From NCBI GenBank assembly GCA_016794805.1, contig JAEUJI010000182.1, positions 8,941 through 72,940 of the forward strand: 64,000 bases of DNA, written 5' to 3'. This document shows positions 28,791 to 37,674 of this stretch, piece by piece. The notes under the pieces are model-generated. The model searched no databases, had not been told where the DNA came from, and saw only the letters and a list, made by a program, of their open reading frames with translations. Position 1 is the first letter of the stretch. Each line of letters opens with the position of its first letter. The position numbers and the translations under genes were made by a program. The DNA comes from Gemmatimonadota bacterium. Lineage in GTDB: Bacteria; Gemmatimonadota; Gemmatimonadetes; Gemmatimonadales; GWC2-71-9.

Positions 28791-31415
28791 ATGGTTCCCG
28801 AGGACCGGATGACGATTACCGCGGCACAGCTGCAGGAGTTCCTGGGAGACCGCTACACCATCCGGCAGCCGCTGGGGGGTGGGAGCATGTCCCTGGTCTT
28901 CGCCGCCGACGACCTGCGCCACGGCCGACCGGTGGCGATCAAGGTCCTGCTGCCCGACTATGTCGCGACGCTCGCCGCGGAGCGGTTCAATCGCGAGATC
29001 CAGATTGCCGCCCGGCTGCAGCATCCGCACATCGTCCCGCTCCTGGACTCCGGGGAGACTCACGGCGTCTTCTACCTGGTCATGCCGCTGATCGAAGGGG
29101 AGACGCTGCGGGCCCGGCTGGTGCGGGAGGGGCGGCTGCCGGTGCGGGACGTGCTCCGCATCCTCGCCGACGTGGCCGACGCGCTGGCCTATGCCCACCG
29201 CAAGGGCATCATCCACCGGGACATCAAGCCGGACAACATCCTCCTCGCCGGGCGCCACGCCCTGGTGGCGGACTTCGGGGTGGCGAAGGCGGTGAGCGAG
29301 GCGCTGAGCGCCGACCGCAACCTCACCGGCGGCGTGGCGCTGGGCACACCGGCCTACATGGCGCCGGAACAGGCCACGGCGGATCCGGCGCTCGATCACC
29401 GGGTGGACGTGTACGCCTTCGGGATCCTCGGGTACGAGTTGCTCGCCGGCCGGCCGCCGTTCGACGGAGATACCCCGCACGAGATCCTGACGGCGCAGGT
29501 GCTCTCGGCTCCCGCGCCGATCGAGACCCACCGCCCCGATACGCCTCCCGCGCTGGCATCCCTCCTCATGCGCTGCCTGGCCAAGAGCCCGGCGGAGCGG
29601 TGGGCCGGCATCGAGGAGCTGCAGGGGCCGCTCGAAGGGCTCGCCACGCCGACCAGCGGGATCACGCCGGTGGGGATGGCGCCGGTGGCCGCGGCGTCCG
29701 GAAGGCGGAGGCTTGCCGCGGCCGCCGTCGCCGCCCTGCTCCTGGCGGGCGCCGCGTACCTGGGGCTCCGGGAACGCTCGGCTGCAGTGCTTCCCACCCT
29801 GAGCCAGCGGCAGCTCACCTTCCTGGGGAACCTGAAGTCCGCGGCCCTCTCCCCGGATGGACAGTTGCTGGCTTACGTGGCGGCGGAGGCCGATGGTGAC
29901 CGGCTGCGGGTGACGGACCTGCGGGGAGGGGAGCCGCTCACCCTCCTGACCGGCCGGGAACTGGCGGGACTCGCCTGGTCGGCCGATGGGGCGGAGATCC
30001 GCTACCTCGCCGTGGACAGCACGGACCGTACACTGCTGCATACCGTGCCGCGCCTGGGCGGGGCCGACCGCACCCTCACCAACAAGTCAGTCGGCGTCCT
30101 CTCCCCGAGCGGGGACCGGCTCGCGGTCCTGCAGCGCGGGAGCCGGCAGCTGGAGTTCATCCACCAGGCCACCGGGGATACCACCGTGGCGCGCCTCGGC
30201 GGGTTCCTGTGGCAGAGCGATCCGGCGATCACAACCGACGGAGAGGCGGTCGCGTTCACCACCTCCACCCCGGCCGAGCGGCGCTATGCCGTCCTCGTCG
30301 TCCGGCGGCGGGACCTGGTCCCGGTCGAGGTGGCGCGTGACACGGCCATCCTGGGCACGCCGGCGTGGGCGCCGGACGGCCGGAGTCTCTTCTTCCTCCG
30401 TGGGGTCGGACCGTTATCCGACCTGATGCGCCTGCGGCTGGGGGAGGACGCGACACCGCTCGGGCCGCCGGAGCGGCTCGCCAGCGGCCTCGCGATCCAG
30501 CCCGATTTCGTCCAGCAGCTCTCGGTTTCCGGGGATGGCCGCAGCCTGGTCTATGTGCGTGGCGACCGCTGGTCCAACCTGGCGCTGGTGTCGCTCGGCC
30601 GCCGGGATACCGCGATGGGCGAGCGGTTGCTGACGATGGGGTCGGCGTTCTACGAGGCCGGTCGCCTCTCCCCTGACGGGAAGACCATCGCGTATGTCCG
30701 GCAACTCTCGGCTGGGGCCAGCCTGGAGCTGCAGCCGGCGTCGGGGGGTGCGCACCGGATCCTCGGGTTCCGCCAGACGATCCGCGACATCGCGTGGGCG
30801 CCAGACGGGACCCGCATCGCCGCCGCGACGACCGACAGTTTCGCCAACCCCAGGGTCGAGCTCTTTCCGATCGATGGCACCGGTGCGAGGGTGCTCGGCC
30901 AATTCCGCGCCGGCAGTACCATCGGGTGGCTCGACCCTGCTACGGTGCTGGCCACCCGGGAAGGAAACCGCGCGGTGCTCGCCGTGCCGCTTGCCGGTGG
31001 GGAGGCTGCCGCCCTCGCCGGCGTGGACTCGATGGGGTGGACCTTCTGGCCGGTTGGCTCGCCGGACGGGAGCCGGGTGGCCTACTTCGAGAACTTCGGA
31101 CAGAGCGGCCGCGGGGTGTTCGAAGTGGCCCGAGGCGGCGCCTCACCACGCCGCCTGCTGGCAGGCTATCACCGGCCGCTCGCCTGGTCCGCGGATGGCC
31201 AGCGGCTCTACATCAGCAACTCTCGCTATCTCATGGATCCGGGGCGCCTGCAAGTCCTGTCGCGCACGGGCGGTGCCCCCGAGCTGGTCACCGTCTTCCC
31301 CCGTGGCGTCGAGGTGCTGGACGTCCACCCCGCCAGCGGGATTGCCCTCGTGAATATCCGGGACCTCCGGGCCGATGCCTGGGCCATTGACCTGTCGCCC
31401 CTGGGCGCCCCCTGA
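28791..31415 (+). CDS. Ser/Thr protein kinase with TM helix and periplasmic TolB-like (PD40) beta-propeller repeats
   Basis: Kinase motifs [33 protein letters not shown] segment [19 protein letters not shown]. About 10 PD40-type repeats follow ([51 protein letters not shown] ...). Alternative ATG at 28809. Confidence 0.9.
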   Translation: MVPEDRMTITAAQLQEFLGDRYTIRQPLGGGSMSLVFAADDLRHGRPVAIKVLLPDYVATLAAERFNREIQIAARLQHPHIVPLLDSGETHGVFYLVMPLIEGETLRARLVREGRLPVRDVLRILADVADALAYAHRKGIIHRDIKPDNILLAGRHALVADFGVAKAVSEALSADRNLTGGVALGTPAYMAPEQATADPALDHRVDVYAFGILGYELLAGRPPFDGDTPHEILTAQVLSAPAPIETHRPDTPPALASLLMRCLAKSPAERWAGIEELQGPLEGLATPTSGITPVGMAPVAAASGRRRLAAAAVAALLLAGAAYLGLRERSAAVLPTLSQRQLTFLGNLKSAALSPDGQLLAYVAAEADGDRLRVTDLRGGEPLTLLTGRELAGLAWSADGAEIRYLAVDSTDRTLLHTVPRLGGADRTLTNKSVGVLSPSGDRLAVLQRGSRQLEFIHQATGDTTVARLGGFLWQSDPAITTDGEAVAFTTSTPAERRYAVLVVRRRDLVPVEVARDTAILGTPAWAPDGRSLFFLRGVGPLSDLMRLRLGEDATPLGPPERLASGLAIQPDFVQQLSVSGDGRSLVYVRGDRWSNLALVSLGRRDTAMGERLLTMGSAFYEAGRLSPDGKTIAYVRQLSAGASLELQPASGGAHRILGFRQTIRDIAWAPDGTRIAAATTDSFANPRVELFPIDGTGARVLGQFRAGSTIGWLDPATVLATREGNRAVLAVPLAGGEAAALAGVDSMGWTFWPVGSPDGSRVAYFENFGQSGRGVFEVARGGASPRRLLAGYHRPLAWSADGQRLYISNSRYLMDPGRLQVLSRTGGAPELVTVFPRGVEVLDVHPASGIALVNIRDLRADAWAIDLSPLGAP

Positions 31416-31422
31416 GGCTCCC

Positions 31423-32046
31423 TCAGGCCACCAGCGACTCCAGTTCCTCTTCCTCGTCCTCGACCCCGCCCACCGGCTCGCTCACCAGGCCCCGCTCGAC
31501 CGCCAGTGCCATCAGCGACTGCATGAGCAGCTTCCGGCCGCGGTGCAGGCGGGAGCGCACGGTCCCGATGGGCCGGCCCACGATCTCGGCGATCTCCTGG
31601 TAGGCCAGGTCATCCACGAAGTAGAGGGTGCAGACCGTCCGGTACTCTTCCGGCAGCCGCGCCATCGCCGCGGCGATCTCTTCGGTGTCGAGCCGGCTGA
31701 TGAAGGCGACGTCGGCCGGGGCGGGGCTCAGCTCCGCCGTCCGGTCGGCGCCGATGACCGCGTCGCCCGCATCGGGATCGTCGAGGGAAAGGCCGAGGGG
31801 CGCCCGCCGGGTGCGGCGATACTCCGAGCGGCAGACGTTGGTGACGATGCGGAGGAACCAGGCCCGGAAGTTGGTCCCCGGCTGGAAGCTCCCGAAGGCC
31901 CGCCAGGCCAGCAGGGAGGCCTGCTGCACCGCATCTTCGGCGTCGGCGGTGTTGCCGGTGAAGTGGCGCGCGGCGCGGTACGCCGGATTCAGCACGGGGA
32001 CCAGCAGTTCCTCGAACAGGGCGGCATCGGCGGCGGCGTTCGGCAT
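31423..32046 (-). CDS. ECF-type sigma-70 factor with acidic C-terminal tail; no adjacent anti-sigma gene
   Basis: Region 2: DAEDAVQQASLLAWRAF..FRAWFLRIVTN. Region 4: YRTVCTLYFVDDLAYQEIAEIVGRPIGTVRSRLHRGR. Tail: EPVGGVEDEEEELESLVA. GAGGAG SD upstream of the ATG. Confidence 0.88.
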   Translation of the reverse strand: MPNAAADAALFEELLVPVLNPAYRAARHFTGNTADAEDAVQQASLLAWRAFGSFQPGTNFRAWFLRIVTNVCRSEYRRTRRAPLGLSLDDPDAGDAVIGADRTAELSPAPADVAFISRLDTEEIAAAMARLPEEYRTVCTLYFVDDLAYQEIAEIVGRPIGTVRSRLHRGRKLLMQSLMALAVERGLVSEPVGGVEDEEEELESLVA

Positions 32047-32110
32047 ACACTCCTCGGCGGTTCGGGACGCGTGAGTCGGCGCGACATCGCGGGACGTGCC
32101 GGGGAGTAAG

Positions 32111-32125
32111 GCAGGGCGCGCGCCA
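32111..32125 (-). promoter_or_regulatory. sigma-54-like -24/-12 promoter candidate upstream of the ECF sigma gene
   Basis: The minus strand reads TGGCGCGCGCCCTGC. It has GG and GC at the consensus spacing of TGGCACG-N4-TTGC and lies about 65 nt upstream of the ATG at 32046. This match is weak in a GC-rich genome. Confidence 0.25.
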
Positions 32126-32294
32126 GCCGCCGGGCGGATCGGGCCAGTTGGCTAACGCGAAGGAACGCAATGCATTGGGTGATTGGTGCGGGGGCCGAGC
32201 GGAGCCTGCGAACTCCCAATGGCTCCCATCCGATTGGGAGTGTCCCAACTAATTGGGAATGGGGGAGGGGGGCGGGCCAGGTGGAAGGAAATGG

Positions 32295-32326
32295 CAGCGG
32301 GGGCGCGGCATGCCGCGCCCCCGCTG
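32295..32326 (-). terminator. perfect 15-bp-stem palindrome downstream of the cupredoxin gene
   Basis: cagcgggggcgcggc-at-gccgcgcccccgctg, located 20 nt past the stop at 32347. Confidence 0.55.
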
Positions 32327-32346
32327 GTCATTGCCCCAGGCCCGGG

Positions 32347-32730
32347 CTAGGGATTGACGATGATCAGGCCGCGCATGCCGGTGTGGATCGTGCACTTGTA
32401 GGGGTATTCGCCGGCCACGGTGAAGGTGAAGCTGGCCGTGTCGTTGTTGGCGGCGGTGAGGCCCACGTCGAACAGGGCGGCTGCGGTGGTGTCGGTGACG
32501 GTGTGGGCCACCCCGCCGTCATCGTTGCGCCAGGTCACCGTGCCGCTGGCCGCCAGGCTGATGGTGAGGGTGTCGGGCGAGTAGGCCTGGAAACCCTTGT
32601 TGAACGCGCCCGGGACAATGGAAACGTCCGCCGCGGGCTGGTTGCCGGGACCGTTGCTGTCACCGCCGCCGCAGCCCGCCACCACCGCGGCGGCAAGGAA
32701 GAGGGCGGGGAGTGGGGACCGGTGGCGCAT
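32347..32730 (-). CDS. cupredoxin (type-1 blue copper protein) lipoprotein
   Basis: 127 aa. Lipobox LAAAVVAGC. Copper ligand pattern: H in GVAHTV plus C-x2-H-x2-M in YKCTIHTGM. Confidence 0.85.
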   Translation of the reverse strand: MRHRSPLPALFLAAAVVAGCGGGDSNGPGNQPAADVSIVPGAFNKGFQAYSPDTLTISLAASGTVTWRNDDGGVAHTVTDTTAAALFDVGLTAANNDTASFTFTVAGEYPYKCTIHTGMRGLIIVNP

Positions 32731-32823
32731 GATGGAACTCCGAAGTGACGTGGTGGGGAAGGGCCAACCGACGCTGTACGCGCGAAAGGTGTCGCCGGAT
32801 CTCTCCCCGCCCTAGGACCTGCG

Positions 32824-34101
32824 TCACACCCCGCGCCGCGCCGCCTCCCGCCAGCCGATGTCCCGGCGGAAGATCTTGCCCTCGAAGTGGATCGCCTCCG
32901 CGACCTCCCGACTGCGGCGCTGGGCCTCGGGGAAGGTCGGCGCCACCGCCGTCACATTCAGCACCCGTCCTCCACTGGCACGGAGCGTTCCGTCCCCATC
33001 CCGCATCGTGCCGGCATGGAACACCGTCACTCCGTCAGGCAGGGATGGCGGGATGGTGATGGCCGCGCCCTTCTCGGGGCTGTCGGGGTACCCTCGCGCC
33101 GCAAGCACCGTGGTCACGGCGGACCCCTTCCCGATCCGGAGCGGCGTCGGCGCCGCGCCTCGCGCGACGCTCTGAAGGCAGTCGAGCAGGCCCCCCTCCA
33201 CCAGCGGCAGCACTACCTGGGTCTCCGGGTCTCCCAGGCGGCAGTTGAATTCGACCACCCGCATGGTGCCGTCCGGGCCCAGCATCAGCCCGGCGTACAG
33301 CACGCCATTGTACGGCGCGCCGTCCTTCTCGAGCTGGGCCAGGGTCGGAACCAGCACCTCGCGGCGCGCCCGTTCGAGCAGTGCCGGCGTGGCGAGCGCC
33401 ACGGGGGCGTAGGCCCCCATGCCGCCGGTGTTGGGGCCCTGGTCGCCCTCGCTGAGCCGCTTGTGATCCTGGGCCGCGGGGAGGAGCTCGATGCCGTGGC
33501 CATTGGTGATGGCGAGAAGCGAAAGCTCCTCGCCGGGCATGAAGTCCTCGATGACCACGACCTTCCCGGCGTCGCCGAATTTCCCCTCGCCGAGCATGGC
33601 GGCCAGCGTCTCCCGGGCATCCTGCCGGGTCGGGCACACCACGGCGCCCTTTCCCGCGGCCAGTCCGGAGGCCTTCACCACCAGGGGCTCCGGGTGCGTC
33701 GCCACGTAGGCCAGGCCCGCGGCGAGGTCGGTGAAGGTCCGGCTGCGCGCGGTGGGCACGCTGGCCCGGTCCATGAGCGCCTTGGAGAACGCCTTGGAGG
33801 CTTCGATCTCCGCCGCGGCCCGGTCGGGGCCGAAGACCGGATGGCCGGCCGCGCGCAGCCGGTCGGCCAGGCCCAGCGCGAGCGGCGCCTCGGGGCCGAC
33901 GACCGTGAAGGTGATGCCATGCGCCGCGACCGCCTGGACCAGGCGGTCGATGTCGGTGGCGGCGATGGGGAGGTTGGTCGCGAGGTCGGCGGTGCCGGGA
34001 TTCCCGGGCGCCGCGAACAGTTCGGCGCCGGGGGCTTCGCGGCGGAGGGCCCACGCGATCGCGTGCTCGCGCCCCCCGCCGCCCACTACGAGGATCTTCA
34101 C
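32824..34101 (-). CDS. purD: phosphoribosylamine--glycine ligase
   Basis: MKILVVGGGGREHAIAWAL, ATP-grasp region, 425 aa. The GTG start overlaps the stop of the upstream gene. Confidence 0.97.
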   Translation of the reverse strand: MKILVVGGGGREHAIAWALRREAPGAELFAAPGNPGTADLATNLPIAATDIDRLVQAVAAHGITFTVVGPEAPLALGLADRLRAAGHPVFGPDRAAAEIEASKAFSKALMDRASVPTARSRTFTDLAAGLAYVATHPEPLVVKASGLAAGKGAVVCPTRQDARETLAAMLGEGKFGDAGKVVVIEDFMPGEELSLLAITNGHGIELLPAAQDHKRLSEGDQGPNTGGMGAYAPVALATPALLERARREVLVPTLAQLEKDGAPYNGVLYAGLMLGPDGTMRVVEFNCRLGDPETQVVLPLVEGGLLDCLQSVARGAAPTPLRIGKGSAVTTVLAARGYPDSPEKGAAITIPPSLPDGVTVFHAGTMRDGDGTLRASGGRVLNVTAVAPTFPEAQRRSREVAEAIHFEGKIFRRDIGWREAARRGV

Positions 34102-35108
34102 GTCTGCTGGGCCTTCCGAAACGCGTCCCGGGCCCGTTCCGCCGCCTTCTTGGCGGCGTCCACCACCTGACCGAAGGTCTCCTTCGCCTCCTGCGCGTAG
34201 TAGTCCCGGGCCGCGCCCACTTCATCGGCGAGGGGGCGGCCCTGGCTCTCCGCCCCGCGGCGGGTGTATTCCTCACGCAGGATGCGATCGTAGTCGCCGC
34301 CGCCTATCCACTTCTGCAGTTCCGCCGCCCGCACGGTGTGCATCGGGTGGGTGACCATGAGGGTGCTGAGCACCTTGTAGAGCACGTCCAGCCCCTCGTT
34401 GGCGGTGGCGTACTCATGCGCCTGGGCCATGAAGCTGTCGAGGTCCAGCTGGCCCTCATGCGAGCCCGGACGGATCCCCCCGGCCATCTTCATGAAGAGG
34501 CTCTGCGAGGCGATCGGGTCCTGACTACCAAGCAGCCCGGCCCGGTCGCTGGAAAGTTCGGACTTTCGCGACCACTCGAGAAATGCCAACTTGACGGGGA
34601 TGAGCGCCAGCCCGGCGAGGGTGGGCAGGGCGGAGGCGCTGACGAGAAAGAGGATCGCCGCGATGGTCCGGTAGAACGCGTGCCCGCTCATCACGTGCCC
34701 CATCTCGTGGGCGATCAGCACCCGGATCTCGTCGTCGTTCAGCAGCTCGAGCGCCGCGGAGTGCAGGACGATGAACGGCGCGTCCACGCCATACGCCCCG
34801 GCGTTGAAGACCGGCGTTTGCGAGACGTACAGCTCCGGGACGGTGGGCCAGTCGAACGTGGTGCAGACTTCGACGTGGGTGGTCCAGAGCTTGGGGAACT
34901 GGGTGGGCCCGACCCGGATCGCGTTGGCCTGGAAGAGCAGCCGGATGCCGCGCTCCCCACCAAGGAACGCGAGGATCTTGCGGGTGACCTCCTCGAACCC
35001 CGGCACCGATCGCAGGGTCTGGAGGGCGGCCCGGTCGGCCGGGTGTTCCCAGCTCACGGGCGCGATATCGGGAAAGGTGCGCCGGGGGCGCGGGGCGGGC
35101 GTGGACAT
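34098..35108 (-). CDS. M48-family zinc metallopeptidase
   Basis: HEMGHVMSGH (HExxH) with flanking TM segments. ATG 35108 is chosen because the track ORF extension to 35288 runs through the repeat hairpin. Confidence 0.85.
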   Translation of the reverse strand: MSTPAPRPRRTFPDIAPVSWEHPADRAALQTLRSVPGFEEVTRKILAFLGGERGIRLLFQANAIRVGPTQFPKLWTTHVEVCTTFDWPTVPELYVSQTPVFNAGAYGVDAPFIVLHSAALELLNDDEIRVLIAHEMGHVMSGHAFYRTIAAILFLVSASALPTLAGLALIPVKLAFLEWSRKSELSSDRAGLLGSQDPIASQSLFMKMAGGIRPGSHEGQLDLDSFMAQAHEYATANEGLDVLYKVLSTLMVTHPMHTVRAAELQKWIGGGDYDRILREEYTRRGAESQGRPLADEVGAARDYYAQEAKETFGQVVDAAKKAAERARDAFRKAQQT

Positions 35109-35175
35109 CGGCAACTCGTTGTTTGGGACCAGATCCGTACGCCAGAGAAGATAGGTGGTTTCAGGATGAGACAAC

Positions 35176-35244
35176 TTGGCGGCTCGGCGGCTCGGCGACT
35201 CGGCGGAATGGCCGAGCCGCCGAGCCGTCGTGCCGTCGAGTCGG
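35176..35244. repeat. inverted pair of 8-nt tandem arrays (TCGGCGGC family) forming a long imperfect hairpin
   Basis: ttggcggc tcggcggc tcggcgac tcggcgga / atg / gccgagcc gccgagcc gtcgtgcc gtcgagtc. The array abuts the TAG stop (35245-35247) of the upstream PLP enzyme gene. Confidence 0.85.
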
Positions 35245-36408
35245 CTAACCCAACGCCTGCTCCAGGTCCGCCTTGAGATCCGCCACATCCTCTATTCCGC
35301 AACTCAGGCGCACCAGGCTGTCGGTCAGCCCCATGGCCTGCCGGAGGGGGAGCGGCACCGAGGCGTGGGTCATGCTCGCCGGGTGGCCAATCAGGCTCTC
35401 CACCCCGCCCAGCGATTCCGCCAGGGCGAAGACCCTGGTGCGTTCCACCACCCGGCGCGCCAGGGCGGCGTCCCCGAGTTCGATCGAGATCATCCCCCCG
35501 AAGCCCCGCATCTGCCGCCGGGCGAGGGCATGCTGCGGGTGATCGGGCAAACCGGGGTAGTAGACCTTCTGCACCTTCGGGTGGGTGGTGAGCCAGGCGG
35601 CCAGGTCGCGGCCGGCGGCGTCGTGCTGCCGCATCCGGAGTGGCAGGGTCTTGAGCCCGCGCAGGCAGAGCCAGCAGTCCATCGGCCCCGGCACCCCGCC
35701 CGCCGCGTTCTGCAGGAAGCCGATCCGCTCGGCCAGGTCATCGCGGGCGGTGACCAGCAGCCCCCCGACCATGTCGCTGTGGCCGTTGAGGTACTTCGTC
35801 GTGGAGTGCAGCACCAGGTCGGCGCCGAGCCGGAGCGGCTGCTGGAAGAACGGGGTGGCGAAGGTGTTGTCCACCACGAAGAGCAGGCCGCGGGCCTGGG
35901 TGATGTGGCCGATGGCTTCGAGGTCGGCCAGGAACATCATCGGGTTGGTGGGCGTCTCGCCGTAGACCATGCGGGTGGCCGGGGTGATGGCCCGGGCAAC
36001 GTGCTCCGGATCCCGCATGTCCACGAAGGTGAACGAGAGGCCGAGCCGGCCGTACACCCGCTCCATGAGCCGGTGGGACCCGCCGTAGATGTTCTCGCCC
36101 GAGATCACGTGATCGCCGGCGGAGAGCAGCTTGAGCGTGGTGTCCAGCGCGGCCAGTCCGGAGCCGAAGGCGAAGCCGTGGGTGCCGCCTTCGAGGCTCG
36201 CCACGCAGCGCTCCAGCGCCTCCCGGGTGGGGTTCTGGGTGCGGGCGTACTCGTATCCCTTGTGCTTCCCCAGCCCTTCCTGGACGTAGGTGGAGGTCTG
36301 GTAGATCGGCGTCATCACCGCCCCGCTCATCAGGTCGGGGCCCTGGCCGGCGTGCACCGCGCGGGTGCTGAAGCCGTGGTGCGCGTCGTCGTCGCGAAGC
36401 TGTGTCAT
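35245..36408 (-). CDS. Cys/Met-metabolism PLP-dependent enzyme (cystathionine beta-lyase / gamma-synthase family)
   Basis: FSTRAVHAG, YARTQNPT, and the PLP-lysine motif HSTTKYLNGHSD. ATG at 36408. Confidence 0.92.
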   Translation of the reverse strand: MTQLRDDDAHHGFSTRAVHAGQGPDLMSGAVMTPIYQTSTYVQEGLGKHKGYEYARTQNPTREALERCVASLEGGTHGFAFGSGLAALDTTLKLLSAGDHVISGENIYGGSHRLMERVYGRLGLSFTFVDMRDPEHVARAITPATRMVYGETPTNPMMFLADLEAIGHITQARGLLFVVDNTFATPFFQQPLRLGADLVLHSTTKYLNGHSDMVGGLLVTARDDLAERIGFLQNAAGGVPGPMDCWLCLRGLKTLPLRMRQHDAAGRDLAAWLTTHPKVQKVYYPGLPDHPQHALARRQMRGFGGMISIELGDAALARRVVERTRVFALAESLGGVESLIGHPASMTHASVPLPLRQAMGLTDSLVRLSCGIEDVADLKADLEQALG

Positions 36409-36482
36409 GCGGAGCCGGGTTCGAGTCGGGCGAAGGTTACCCGCGGGATGCACCGCCAGCAAGCCGACGCGCGGGCCGCCTG

Positions 36483-37544
36483 ATGCCCGGAGCGCCGGAG
36501 GCGGAGCTGGATCCGCGGGTGGTGGCCCCCCGCTGCCTGGTCGTGGACGACGACGCCGCGGTCCGGTCCTCCATCGCGCGGGTGATCCGGACCATCGGGC
36601 TGGTCCCGCTCGAGGCGGAGGATGGCGGCGCCGCGCTCCGGCTGCTCGAGGAGCATGGCGAGGTGCCGCTGGTGATCACGGACGTCAACATGCCGGGTGT
36701 CTCCGGGATGGAGCTGCTGGAGGAGGTCACCCGGCGCTACCCGGACACCGCGGTGCTGATGCTCTCCGGGGTGTCTGACGTGAAGACCGCCGTGGCCTGC
36801 CTCGACAAGGGGGCGCTCGACTACATCGCCAAGCCGGCGCTGCTGGAGGAGGTCCGGGCCCGGGTGGCCAAGGCGCTCGAGAAGCGGGACCTGCTGCTGC
36901 AGAAGCGATTCTATCACCGGAACCTGGAACTCCGGGTACGATCCCAGGCCGGCCGGATCCGGGAGCTGTTCCTGCAGGGGGTCCAGACCCTGGCGCACGC
37001 CCTCGAGGCCAAGGACGCCTACACCAGCGGCCACTCGATCCGGGTGAGCCGCTACGCGGTCCAGACGGCGGTGCGGCTGGGCTTTGCCGGCGACGCGCTC
37101 GAGGAGGTCCGGCTCGGCGCGGAGCTGCACGACATCGGCAAGATCGGCACCCGGGAGGCGGTGCTCAACAAGCCGGGCCCGCTCACCCCCGAGGAGTTCG
37201 CCCATATCACCGAGCATACCCTCCTCGGCGAGAAGATCCTGTCGCCGCTGGCCCGGGAGAACCCGATCGTGCTCCGCATCGTGCGGAGCCATCACGAGCG
37301 GATGGATGGGGGCGGCTTTCCCGACCGGCTGCAGGGCGCCAGCATCCCGCTCGAGGCCCGCATCGTGTCGGTGGTGGATGCCTTCGACGCGATGACCACC
37401 ACGCGCGCGTACCGCGGTTCCCGGACCCCCGCCGAGGCGCTCGGGGAGCTGGACCGCTGCATCGGCAGCCACTTTGATCCTGAGGTGGTGCGCGCCTTCC
37501 ACGACGCCTTCCCCGATCCCTCGAGCCTGCCGGTTCAGGCCTGA
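36483..37544 (+). CDS. response regulator with HD-GYP domain (c-di-GMP phosphodiesterase family), paralog 1
   Basis: REC: LVVDDD...VITDVNMPGVSG...LDYIAKP. HD-GYP: HSIRVSRYA, LHDIGKIG, HHERMDGGGFPDRL (GFP variant of GYP). Confidence 0.9.
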   Translation: MPGAPEAELDPRVVAPRCLVVDDDAAVRSSIARVIRTIGLVPLEAEDGGAALRLLEEHGEVPLVITDVNMPGVSGMELLEEVTRRYPDTAVLMLSGVSDVKTAVACLDKGALDYIAKPALLEEVRARVAKALEKRDLLLQKRFYHRNLELRVRSQAGRIRELFLQGVQTLAHALEAKDAYTSGHSIRVSRYAVQTAVRLGFAGDALEEVRLGAELHDIGKIGTREAVLNKPGPLTPEEFAHITEHTLLGEKILSPLARENPIVLRIVRSHHERMDGGGFPDRLQGASIPLEARIVSVVDAFDAMTTTRAYRGSRTPAEALGELDRCIGSHFDPEVVRAFHDAFPDPSSLPVQA

Positions 37545-37674
37545 TCCCGCCGTCGGGGTGACCGCCATCACCGCCCCCCGGTGCCCGGCGGCGCGACACT
37601 CAGCCGTGCCCTCCACACCCGCTCCACGCCGACGGGGCTCCGACCCGGTTGCGGTCCGCCCCCCTGACCCGGCC

